From Acidimicrobiales bacterium (GTDB taxonomy: Bacteria > Actinomycetota > Acidimicrobiia > Acidimicrobiales > RAAP-2), in NCBI GenBank assembly GCA_037141235.1, contig JBAXCY010000001.1, positions 1-55,560 on the forward strand: a stretch of DNA of 55,560 nucleotides, read 5' to 3'. Positions 38,025-47,334 of the stretch are shown here, in pieces; the first letter of the stretch is position 1, and every line of letters begins with the position of its first letter. Below the pieces are notes generated by a model. The model was not told the DNA's origin. It searched no databases and saw nothing but the letters and a program-made list of their open reading frames with translations. A program made the translations under genes and the position numbers.

Positions 38025-38657
38025 TTATCCCTCTTCGGATTCGGCGTCGGCAGCTGGTGCGACGACTTCGCCAACTTCGCCAACTTCGGCAGCGACCTGG
38101 ACCCGGGGCGGGTTACCGGCCACAACGGTTGCACCAAGATCGGTCTCGAGCTCGACTCCGGCCGGAATCACGATGTCCGAAACGTGCAGCGCTCCACCGA
38201 TGGTGAGCGACGAAATGTCGATGTCCACCGAGTTCGGGATCTCCGTCGGCTTGGCCTTGATGTGGAGGGTGAACAGCTGCTGGTCGACAATGCCGTCGCC
38301 GTGTCCGACCTCTACGGCCTCGCCCACCAGGTTGATGGTGACTTCGGCGCTGATCAGTTCGTCGCGGCGCACGATCAGGAAGTCGATGTGGCTGACCGTG
38401 TTGCGCACCGGGTGGTGCTGAATGTCACGGGCCAGGGTGAGGTGGTCCGTGCCGTCGACGTTGAGCGACAGCAGCGTGTTGAGGCCGGACTCACCCGACA
38501 TGGCGATCTGGAACTCGCGTCCGACGACCGCTACCGAGATCGGGTCCGTGCCGTGGCCGTAGAGGACGCCAGGGATCTTGCCCTCCGCCCGCAGGCGGCG
38601 GGTAGAACTAGATCCGAGCTCGCGGCCGGTATGTGCAGTAAGAGTGGTTTCGGGCAT
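38025..38657 (-). CDS. rplY: 50S ribosomal protein L25/general stress protein Ctc
   Basis: 210 aa. 'RRLRAEGKIPGVLYGHG' and 'HPVRNTVSHIDFL'. Acidic C-terminal tail. Confidence 0.85.
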   Translation of the reverse strand: MPETTLTAHTGRELGSSSTRRLRAEGKIPGVLYGHGTDPISVAVVGREFQIAMSGESGLNTLLSLNVDGTDHLTLARDIQHHPVRNTVSHIDFLIVRRDELISAEVTINLVGEAVEVGHGDGIVDQQLFTLHIKAKPTEIPNSVDIDISSLTIGGALHVSDIVIPAGVELETDLGATVVAGNPPRVQVAAEVGEVGEVVAPAADAESEEG

Positions 38658-38885
38658 GCGGGGACTCCTCGGGAGGTACAGAGACGAGCACAGGGACTGC
38701 CCCCATGATCATGCGCTAGGCACGGATCGAAGGCGATCGCTGCTGACGGCAACCATGATAGACCCAAGGCCGAAGCCCCGGCCACACGACCTCGCCATAC
38801 CTGCTCGGAGCGACTCAGATGTCGGGCGAAACGGACGTCACTTCACGAGTGCTGACTACGGGCCAGGGACCACTTCGAAGTACTG

Positions 38886-39287
38886 TCAACCCCGCAGTCG
38901 GTAGACGTGGAAGTCGGGGTCAAGGGTGAATATCCTGCGGTGGCCTTGTTCCTCCGCCAGAGCCACCAGCGTGGCATCAGCCAAGTCCATGGGGGTGTCT
39001 GAATACGTATCCATCAGATAGGCGGCCCGATCGACGGCGGACTGGGACAGGTCGGCAATCACCAAGCGGCCCGTCTGCACCAGACGCCACAGACTTCGCC
39101 ACCCAGTGGCGCCAACGGATACAGTCCCCGCTACATCGGCGAAGCGCTCACTCGGGCTGCCTGTCAACGTGTGGTCGGCTCGAGTCTCGGCGGACCTCCG
39201 GATGAACTCGGACACCGATTCGCCCAGGGCGGCCGCGGCGCGCTGGACCTTCTCGTCAAGTTCCGGGTCGAGTCTCAGGCTTCGCAC
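38886..39287 (-). CDS. RHH antitoxin fused in-frame to the C-terminal half of a PIN (VapC-like) domain; probable degenerate vapBC module
   Basis: N-terminus 'LRLDPELDEKVQRAAAALGESVSEFIRRSAE' is ribbon-helix-helix (CopG-like). C-terminus 'VIADLSQSAVDRAAYLMDTYSDTPMDLADATLVALAEEQGHRRIFTLDPDFHVYR' is the distal half of a PIN domain. The N-terminal PIN acidic residues are absent. Confidence 0.55.
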   Translation of the reverse strand: MRSLRLDPELDEKVQRAAAALGESVSEFIRRSAETRADHTLTGSPSERFADVAGTVSVGATGWRSLWRLVQTGRLVIADLSQSAVDRAAYLMDTYSDTPMDLADATLVALAEEQGHRRIFTLDPDFHVYRLRG

Positions 39288-39348
39288 ACCCAGATTTCAT
39301 CACGGACGACTCCACCTGTATTACACAAGAACAGAGCGGGTCCCGCCC

Positions 39349-40320
<972 letters not shown>

Positions 40321-40329
40321 GAGGTGAAC

Positions 40330-41511
40330 CTACCGCGGCCCGGCGCTGGTATCTGAAGCAGCCGGGCCGGCAGTTCCCCCAGGGGGGACTTCGCTGCCCT
40401 CGGCCAGCACGGCAAAGGGCCCGACGCGGGCATCGGCGCCGATGACCGAGCGGCGGCAGACACTCGAGGTGATGACTGCTCCGTCGCCGACCGTGGTGTC
40501 GACCAGGCGGGTGTCCGGGCCCAACTCGGCATGCTCGCCAATCACACAGGCACCCTGGAGGATCACCCCGGGCAGGAGGACGACGTCGGTACCGAGCGTG
40601 ACATCGGTGTCGATGTACGTCGTCTGCGGGTCCCACATGGTGACCCCCTGGCGCATCCATCGCTCGTTGATCCGGTCGCGCAGTTCGGCCTCGGCCACGG
40701 CCAGTTGCGCCCGGTCATTGACGCCGGCCACCTCCATGGGGTCCTCGACGACGACCGAACCGACCCGGTGGCCAGCCTCGTAGAGCACCTCGACCACATC
40801 GGTCAGGTAGTACTCCCCCTGCGCGTTCGACGGGCTGAGTCGGCGCAACGACGGTGCCAGCACACTGCGCTTGAAGCAGTACATCGAGGTGTTGACCTCT
40901 TGGACGGCCAGCTGCTCCTCGGTGGCATCCCCGTGCTCGACCACCCGAGCCACGGCGTCGTCACGACCGCGCACGACTCGGCCATAGCCAGTGGGGTCGT
41001 CCAGGACAGCGGTCAGCAACGTGGCGGCGTCATCGTTGTCACGGTGGGTCTGGACCAGCCTGGCCAGCGTGCCCGAACGGAGCAGCGGCGTGTCCCCGGG
41101 CAGCACGACGACGTCGCCGTCGTCGCCATCTTCGTCATCGGGTAGCCCGGTGAGGGCGACCGACATGGCGTCCCCGGTCCCCCGCTGCTCCACCTGCTCT
41201 ACGAACTCGATGACCATGCCCGGCGGGGCGTGGTCCACCAAGGTCTTGGTCACCCACTCGGCCCGGTGCCCGACCACTACCACCACGCGGGTGACCGGCA
41301 ACTCAGCCAGAGCGTCGAGCACGTGGAGGATCATCGGCCGGCCGCACAACCGGTGCAGGGGCTTGGGACGGGCCGAGCGCATGCGGGTCCCATGTCCGGC
41401 CGCCAACACCACCGCCGACAGCGGGCGGGCCGCGGTGCCAGACCGGGACGTCCCGACCGACGGTGACTCCCAGTCGTCGGCACGGCCCTGGGGATAGGTC
41501 CGGATCACCAT
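40330..41511 (-). CDS. glmU: GlmU-like UDP-N-acetylglucosamine pyrophosphorylase with a truncated LbH (acetyltransferase) domain
   Basis: 'AVVLAAGHGTRMRSARPKPLHRLCGRPMILHVLDAL' and 'NAQGEYYLTDVV' are uridylyltransferase blocks. Only about 5 LbH turns follow. The ORF ends about 25 aa after 'GPFAVLAEG', and prs starts 10 bp later. Confidence 0.75.
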   Translation of the reverse strand: MVIRTYPQGRADDWESPSVGTSRSGTAARPLSAVVLAAGHGTRMRSARPKPLHRLCGRPMILHVLDALAELPVTRVVVVVGHRAEWVTKTLVDHAPPGMVIEFVEQVEQRGTGDAMSVALTGLPDDEDGDDGDVVVLPGDTPLLRSGTLARLVQTHRDNDDAATLLTAVLDDPTGYGRVVRGRDDAVARVVEHGDATEEQLAVQEVNTSMYCFKRSVLAPSLRRLSPSNAQGEYYLTDVVEVLYEAGHRVGSVVVEDPMEVAGVNDRAQLAVAEAELRDRINERWMRQGVTMWDPQTTYIDTDVTLGTDVVLLPGVILQGACVIGEHAELGPDTRLVDTTVGDGAVITSSVCRRSVIGADARVGPFAVLAEGSEVPPGGTAGPAASDTSAGPR

Positions 41512-41654
41512 GACGCCACCACCGTGGAGGCGCCAGTGGGGGCACAGTAGAGGTCGGCACGCGGCGCAAAGGTCATGGGCCTATTCTTCCCACGTCAGCC
41601 GGTGTCGTGCGACCCCGGCCGCAAATTCACCCCGACCAGGGGAAGAGACCACCT

Positions 41655-43253
41655 ATGCCCGTGCTCCCCACAACCATCGACTCCAACTCTGACTCCTTCA
41701 AGGAGAACGAGCGCGCCCTGCTCGAAGGGCTCGAACTGGTCAACGCTGAGCTAGCCATCGCTCGGGCTGGCGGAGGCGAGCGCTACGTGGCCCGCCACCG
41801 GGAGCGGGGCAAGATGACGGCCCGTGCGCGCATCGAACTGCTGCTCGACCGGGATGCACCTTTCCTGGAGCTCTGCCCGTTCGCGGCGTGGGGCACCGAG
41901 TACACCGTCGGTGCGTCGTCCATCATTGGGATTGGGGTGGTCGAGGGCGTCGAATGCCTCATAAACGCCACCGACCCCACCGTCCGGGGTGGGGCCATGA
42001 ACCCGTGGTCGTTCCGCAAGGGCGCCCGCGGCTCGGACATCGCGCTGGCCAACCGGCTCCCGTCGATCAGCCTGACCGAGTCGGGTGGTGCCGACCTCCC
42101 CGCCCAAGCCGAGCTGTTCATCCCGGGAGGGCGTGCCTTCCGTGACATCACCCGTCATTCGGCCGCCGCCATCCCGACCATTGCCGTCGTCTTCGGCAAC
42201 GCCACCGCTGGCGGGGCTTACGTGCCCGGCATGAGCGACTACGTGGTGATGATCGACCAGCGGTCCAAGGTCTTCCTCGGCGGTCCCCCCCTGGTGAAGA
42301 TGGCGACCGGCGAGGAGTCGACCGACGAGGAGCTCGGGGGGGCATCCATGCACGCCCGGGTGAGCGGCCTGGCCGACTACCTGGCCGCTGACGAAGTGGA
42401 CGCCATCCGGCTCGGGCGCCAGATCGTGAGCCGGCTCAACTGGCGCAAGACCGGGCCGGGTCCGTCCCAGCCAGCCGACGAACCGGTCCACGATCCCGAC
42501 GAGCTGCTCGGGATCGCCTCGGCCGACCCCAAGATGCCCTTCGACCCCCGTGAGGTCCTGGCCCGGGTGGTCGACGGCTCCCGGTTCGACGAGTTCAAGC
42601 CCCTCTACGGGTCCAGCCTGGTCACCGGATGGGCCTCGATCCACGGCTACCCGGTCGGCATCCTGGCCAACCACCGCGGTGTGCTCTTCTCCGAGGAGGC
42701 CCACAAGGCCACTCAGTTCATCCAACTGGCCAACCAGATCGACGTGCCGCTCCTCTTCCTCCAGAACACCACCGGATTCATGGTGGGCAAGGAGTACGAG
42801 CAGGGTGGAATCATCAAGCACGGGGCCATGATGATCAACGCCGTCGCCAACTCGTCGGTCCCCCACCTGACCGTCAACATCGGCGCCTCCTACGGGGCCG
42901 GCAACTACGGCATGTGCGGGCGGGCCTACGACCCCCGGTTCCTGTTCGCCTGGCCCAACGCCCGCTCGGCCGTCATGGGTCCGGCCCAGCTGGCCGGAGT
43001 GCTCTCCATCGTTGGGCGCCAGTCCGCCGCATCCAAGGGTGTGCCCTTCGACGAAGCGGCAGACGAGGCCATGCGGGCGCTGGTCGAGGCTCAGATCGAA
43101 TCCGAGTCGCTCCCCCTGCATCTGTCGTCGCGGCTCTACGACGACGGGATCATCGACCCCCGCGACACGCGGACCGTGCTCGGTCTGTGTCTGTCGGCCA
43201 TCGACAACCAGTCGACTGCGGGTACCCGCGGCTACGGCGTCTTCCGGATGTGA
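41655..43253 (+). CDS. Acyl-CoA carboxylase carboxyltransferase (beta) subunit, methylcrotonyl/geranyl-CoA carboxylase type
   Basis: ATG with GGAAGAG upstream. 'IDSNSDSFKENERALLEGL' N-terminus is typical of MCC-beta. 'GGARI-like' and 'ITRKAYGGAY-like' blocks read as 'VFGNATAGGAYVP' and 'NIGASYGAGNYGMCG'. 532 aa. Confidence 0.85.
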   Translation: MPVLPTTIDSNSDSFKENERALLEGLELVNAELAIARAGGGERYVARHRERGKMTARARIELLLDRDAPFLELCPFAAWGTEYTVGASSIIGIGVVEGVECLINATDPTVRGGAMNPWSFRKGARGSDIALANRLPSISLTESGGADLPAQAELFIPGGRAFRDITRHSAAAIPTIAVVFGNATAGGAYVPGMSDYVVMIDQRSKVFLGGPPLVKMATGEESTDEELGGASMHARVSGLADYLAADEVDAIRLGRQIVSRLNWRKTGPGPSQPADEPVHDPDELLGIASADPKMPFDPREVLARVVDGSRFDEFKPLYGSSLVTGWASIHGYPVGILANHRGVLFSEEAHKATQFIQLANQIDVPLLFLQNTTGFMVGKEYEQGGIIKHGAMMINAVANSSVPHLTVNIGASYGAGNYGMCGRAYDPRFLFAWPNARSAVMGPAQLAGVLSIVGRQSAASKGVPFDEAADEAMRALVEAQIESESLPLHLSSRLYDDGIIDPRDTRTVLGLCLSAIDNQSTAGTRGYGVFRM

Positions 43254-45436
43254 TGGCCATGACTCCCACTGACTCGAACGCACAGCCTGTCTCGAACGCA
43301 CAGCCTGACTCGAACGCACAGCCCAGCCCGGCTGCGCGGCTCGGCCCGACTGCACGGCTCGGCCCAGCGCGTCCCGTCACCTCGCTCTTGGTGGCCAACC
43401 GGGGAGAGATCGCGCTCCGCATCATGCGCACGGCACGAGCCATGGGTATCACCACCGTGGCCGTCCACTCTGATGCCGATGCCGATAGCCCGCACGTAGC
43501 CGCGGCTGACCTGGCCGTGCGCCTACCCGGCACGGCCCCAGCCGAGACCTACCTCCGACCCGACCTACTGCTGGCTGCGGCTGCGGCTTGCGGCGCAGAC
43601 GCCGTCCACCCCGGCTATGGCTTCTTGTCCGAGTCCGGTGACTTCGCCCGGGCCGTGGTCGATGCTGGCCTCATCTGGGTCGGCCCGCCGGCAGCGGCCA
43701 TCGATTCCATGGGTTCCAAGATCGGATCAAAGGAGATGATGCGGGCCGCCGGTGTACCCACCCTTCCCTCCATCACCATCGATGGCGACACCCCGCCCGA
43801 CGCAGAGCAGGTGGACGGCCTTGGGTGGCCGCTGCTGGTCAAAGCATCGGCTGGCGGTGGCGGCCGGGGCATGCGCATCGTGGATGGACCCGACGACCTT
43901 GCCGATGCACTCACGGGTGCCCGGCGCGAGGCGTTGTCGGCCTTCGGCGACGGCACGGTCTTCCTCGAGCGCTACGTCACCGCCCCACGGCACATCGAGG
44001 TACAGGTGCTGGCCGACGCGCATGGCGAGGTCGTCGCCCTGTTCGAGCGCGAGTGCAGCATCCAGCGCCGCCATCAGAAGATCATCGAAGAGGCCCCGTC
44101 GCCGGTGGTCGGACCTGCGCTCCGCGCTCGTCTGTCCGAAGCGGCCGTGGCCGCGGCCCGGGCCGTGGGCTACGTCAATGCCGGCACGGTCGAATTCGTC
44201 CTCGATGGCGAAGGTGATCCCTACTTCTTGGAGATGAACACCCGGCTCCAGGTGGAGCACCCGGTGACCGAGGAAGTGACCGGGCTCGACCTGGTCCGCC
44301 TGCAGCTCCTCATCGCCGGGGGATCTCCGCTTCCTGACGAAGTGCACCAGGCCGTGGCCCGGGGTCCGGTGGGCCACGCCATCGAGGTCCGCCTGTACGC
44401 CGAAGACGCAACCGCCGGTTGGCTGCCGTCGACCGGCACACTCGACGAGTTCACCGTCCCCACGGACCGGGCCGGGGTCCGGGTCGACTCCGGTGTGGTG
44501 TCGGGGGGAGTGGTCAGCCCCCACTACGACCCCATGCTGGCCAAGGTCATTGCCCACGCCCCCACTCGAGCCGAAGCAACGGCCACCTTGGCCGCTACGT
44601 TGGCTGAGTCCCGTATCCACGGAGTCACCACCAACCGCGATCTGCTGGTGCGCACCCTGCGCCACGTTGGGTTCGTGTCCGGTGCCACTGACACCGGCTT
44701 CCTTGACCGCCACGGGCTGAGCACCTTGGCCGCATCGCTGGCTGACCACGCCGCCGTGGCACGCCACGCCGTGGCTGCCGCCTTGGCCGGCCAAGCCGAA
44801 CGTCACGCTTCGGCTCGCACCCTCGGTGCCCTGCCGTCAGGTTGGCGCAACAACACAGTGGATGGCCAGGAGGTCACGTTCGACACTGGAACCCGGACGA
44901 TCCATGTCGGGTACCGGATGGGACGACGGGGTCGGGCCTTGGCCGAAGCCGCCGTCGACGGCCAGGTGCTCGATGTGGTTGCCGGTACCGTCAGCCCGAC
45001 CGAGGTAGTACTCACCACCAGCGGCCTCTCCCGTCGCTACCTGGTCCAGCGGGTCGGTGCCGTCACCTATGTCGATGGGCCCGACGGCGCATCCCGGTTG
45101 GTCGAAGAGGACCGTCATCCGATAGCGACCGAGCAGGTCGTCGAGGGATCGTCGCTCGCCCCCATGCCGGGCAGCGTGGTCCGAGTGGCGGTGGTAGCCG
45201 GCGACCATGTCGAGGCTGGGCAGGTACTGGTCGTGCTGGAAGCCATGAAGATGGAGCATGCCGTGCTGGCCGGCACGACGGGCACGGTGGTCGAAGTCGA
45301 TGTGGTCGAGGGCGACCAGGTGGAGACCGGCCGGGTCCTGGCCGTGGTGGAGGCCGACCCCGGTGACGACCCGGCAGGTAGCACGGTCGACGACCCGACA
45401 GACAGCACGGTCGACAGGGACCCTGCGGGATCGTGA
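43253..45436 (+). CDS. Acyl-CoA carboxylase alpha subunit (biotin carboxylase plus BCCP)
   Basis: Start overlaps the upstream stop. 'LLVANRGEIALRIMRTARAMGI', 'HPGYGFLSE', 'EMNTRLQVEHPVTE' and biotinylation motif 'LEAMKMEH'. Repeat-containing N- and C-terminal extensions. Confidence 0.85.
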   Translation: MAMTPTDSNAQPVSNAQPDSNAQPSPAARLGPTARLGPARPVTSLLVANRGEIALRIMRTARAMGITTVAVHSDADADSPHVAAADLAVRLPGTAPAETYLRPDLLLAAAAACGADAVHPGYGFLSESGDFARAVVDAGLIWVGPPAAAIDSMGSKIGSKEMMRAAGVPTLPSITIDGDTPPDAEQVDGLGWPLLVKASAGGGGRGMRIVDGPDDLADALTGARREALSAFGDGTVFLERYVTAPRHIEVQVLADAHGEVVALFERECSIQRRHQKIIEEAPSPVVGPALRARLSEAAVAAARAVGYVNAGTVEFVLDGEGDPYFLEMNTRLQVEHPVTEEVTGLDLVRLQLLIAGGSPLPDEVHQAVARGPVGHAIEVRLYAEDATAGWLPSTGTLDEFTVPTDRAGVRVDSGVVSGGVVSPHYDPMLAKVIAHAPTRAEATATLAATLAESRIHGVTTNRDLLVRTLRHVGFVSGATDTGFLDRHGLSTLAASLADHAAVARHAVAAALAGQAERHASARTLGALPSGWRNNTVDGQEVTFDTGTRTIHVGYRMGRRGRALAEAAVDGQVLDVVAGTVSPTEVVLTTSGLSRRYLVQRVGAVTYVDGPDGASRLVEEDRHPIATEQVVEGSSLAPMPGSVVRVAVVAGDHVEAGQVLVVLEAMKMEHAVLAGTTGTVVEVDVVEGDQVETGRVLAVVEADPGDDPAGSTVDDPTDSTVDRDPAGS
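43271..43324. repeat. 18-bp in-frame tandem repeat x3 (SNAQP-type) at the carboxylase alpha N-terminus
   Basis: (g/a)(a/t)ctcgaacgcacagcc(t/c) x3. Followed by a 15-bp duplication (ARLGP x2) near 43334-43366. Confidence 0.85.
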
Positions 45437-47277
45437 CCGAGCCGCTCCGCATCGCCAACTGCTCGGGTTTCTACGGTGACCGGATGGCCGCGGCCAAGGA
45501 GATGGTGGAGGGCGGTCCCATCGACGTACTCACCGGGGACTGGTTGGCCGAGCTGACCATGCTCATCTTGTGGAAGGGCATGCAGCGCGATCCGTCAAGG
45601 GGTTGGGCCCATACCTTTCTCACCCAGATGGAGGAGGTGCTCGGCACCTGTGTAGACAAGGGCATCAAGGTGGTCACCAACGCCGGTGGCCTCAATCCGG
45701 TGGGCCTGGCCGACCAGATGCGACTGCTGGCTGAACGGCTCGGCCTATCGGTCGCGGTGGCCCACGTCGAGGGTGACGACATCCTTTCCCGGCTCGGTGA
45801 CCTGCAGCGGCACGGCCACCCCATGGCCAACATGGACACCGGCGCCCACTTGGACACCTCGACGGGCACCGTGGTGTCGGCCAATGCCTACTTGGGTGCC
45901 TGGCCCATCGTCGAAGCGCTGCACGGCGGTGCCGACGTAGTGATCTGCCCCCGGGTGACCGATGCGTCGCTGGTGGTCGGCCCGGCCGCGTGGCACCACG
46001 GCTGGACCGAGTCCGATTGGGACCCGCTGGCTGGTGCAGTGGTAGCCGGGCACGTCATCGAGTGCGGGCCCCAGGCCACGGGGGGCAACTATGCGTTCTT
46101 CACCGAAGTCCCCGGACTCGAGCATCCCGGGTTCCCCATCGCCGAAGTGGCATCCGACGGTTCGTCGGTGATCACCAAGCATCCCGGATCAGGTGGGCAG
46201 GTATCGGTCGGGACCGTGACCGCGCAGCTCCTCTATGAGATCGGTGGCCACCACTATCCCAACACCGATGTGGTGGCCCGGTTCGAGACCATCGAGGTCC
46301 ACGACGAAGGCAATGACCGGGTTCGGCTGTCCGGCATCAAGGGGCTGCCCGCCCCCCACGACGTCAAGGTCTGCCTCAATCTGCTCGGCGGCTGGCGCAA
46401 CTCCATGACCTTCGTGCTCACCGGCCTCGACATCGAGGCCAAGGCCGACCTGACGGTGCGGTCGCTGTCGGCAGCCCTGGGCGGCACTGGTCAGTTCGAA
46501 GAGTTCCACACCTCCCTCGTCCGCTCCGACAAGTCCGATGCCCCGACCAACGCCGAGGCCACTGCCCTCCTGCGAGTGACGGTGAAGGACGAGGACGAGG
46601 AGCGGGTAGGGCGAAAGTTCTCGGGTGCGGCCACCGAGCTGGCCCTGGCCGGCTACCCCGGGCTCCATCTGACCGCCCCCCCTGGGGCGGGCAGCGCCTA
46701 CGGGGTCTACTGGCCAGCACTCATCCCAGCCGAGTTGGTCGTGCCGACCGTGGTTCACGCCGACAGGACCCGAGTAGAGGTGCCGCACCACACCAATCGA
46801 GCCGCTGAGGGAATGACCGTGGCCGGCCCCGGCCGCGATGCCTCGCTCTCTCCCGGGGTGCCCGAAGCCACCGACCTATCTGTCGGTTCCGACAACCTTC
46901 CGACCCCCACTGGTGTGCTCACAGCCAACGAGCCCACCAGCTTGGTGCCGCTCGGGACCATCATCGGCGCCCGCTCCGGCGACAAGGGCGGCAACGCCAA
47001 CGTCGGCCTGTGGGCCCGTTCCGACGATGCCTACGCATGGCTCGATGCCGAGCTCACTCTCGATCGCTTCCGCACCCTGCTGCCCGAGGCGGACGGCCTG
47101 GCCCTACAACGGCACGCGTTCGCGAAGTTGCGCTCCCTCAACTTCGTCGTCGTCGGACTGTTGGGTGAAGGAGTGGCCTCTTCTACCCGGCCCGATCCTC
47201 AGGCCAAGGGCCTCGGCGAGTATCTCCGAAGCCGCATGGTCGAGATTCCGGACCGACTCATCACTCCATCGCTCTAA
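45433..47277 (+). CDS. AtuA (acyclic terpene utilisation, DUF1446) family protein
   Basis: 'LRIANCSGFYGDRMAAAKEMVEGGPIDVLTGDWLAELTM' is the characteristic AtuA N-terminus. 614 aa. 4-bp overlap with the upstream gene. Confidence 0.75.
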   Translation: MTEPLRIANCSGFYGDRMAAAKEMVEGGPIDVLTGDWLAELTMLILWKGMQRDPSRGWAHTFLTQMEEVLGTCVDKGIKVVTNAGGLNPVGLADQMRLLAERLGLSVAVAHVEGDDILSRLGDLQRHGHPMANMDTGAHLDTSTGTVVSANAYLGAWPIVEALHGGADVVICPRVTDASLVVGPAAWHHGWTESDWDPLAGAVVAGHVIECGPQATGGNYAFFTEVPGLEHPGFPIAEVASDGSSVITKHPGSGGQVSVGTVTAQLLYEIGGHHYPNTDVVARFETIEVHDEGNDRVRLSGIKGLPAPHDVKVCLNLLGGWRNSMTFVLTGLDIEAKADLTVRSLSAALGGTGQFEEFHTSLVRSDKSDAPTNAEATALLRVTVKDEDEERVGRKFSGAATELALAGYPGLHLTAPPGAGSAYGVYWPALIPAELVVPTVVHADRTRVEVPHHTNRAAEGMTVAGPGRDASLSPGVPEATDLSVGSDNLPTPTGVLTANEPTSLVPLGTIIGARSGDKGGNANVGLWARSDDAYAWLDAELTLDRFRTLLPEADGLALQRHAFAKLRSLNFVVVGLLGEGVASSTRPDPQAKGLGEYLRSRMVEIPDRLITPSL

Positions 47278-47334
47278 TCTGACTGCAGCACCACTGTCAT
47301 CGGCCACGAGCCGGCAACGCGCCAGGAGGCATCC

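Noticed and set aside
42629-43252. 208-aa N-terminal extension of the biotin carboxylase ORF (track 42629..45436). The same pattern applies to the extensions 25744-25902, 10832-10918, 16069-16179, 7024-7419 and 48728-48865.
   Set aside because: Each extension overlaps the well-supported upstream gene in another frame or lacks any motif. Internal starts coincide with stop/start junctions, signal peptides or conserved N-termini.
41751-43355. 534-aa ORF antisense to the carboxyltransferase gene. Similar long antisense or out-of-frame ORFs occur at 43727-44806, 47359-48471, 8738-9700, 14348-14998, 36309-37040 and 53220-53768.
   Set aside because: These are typical stop-poor shadow frames of high-GC DNA. 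Their translations are Arg/Gly/Pro/Ala-rich with no motifs, and the opposite-strand genes have unambiguous conserved signatures.
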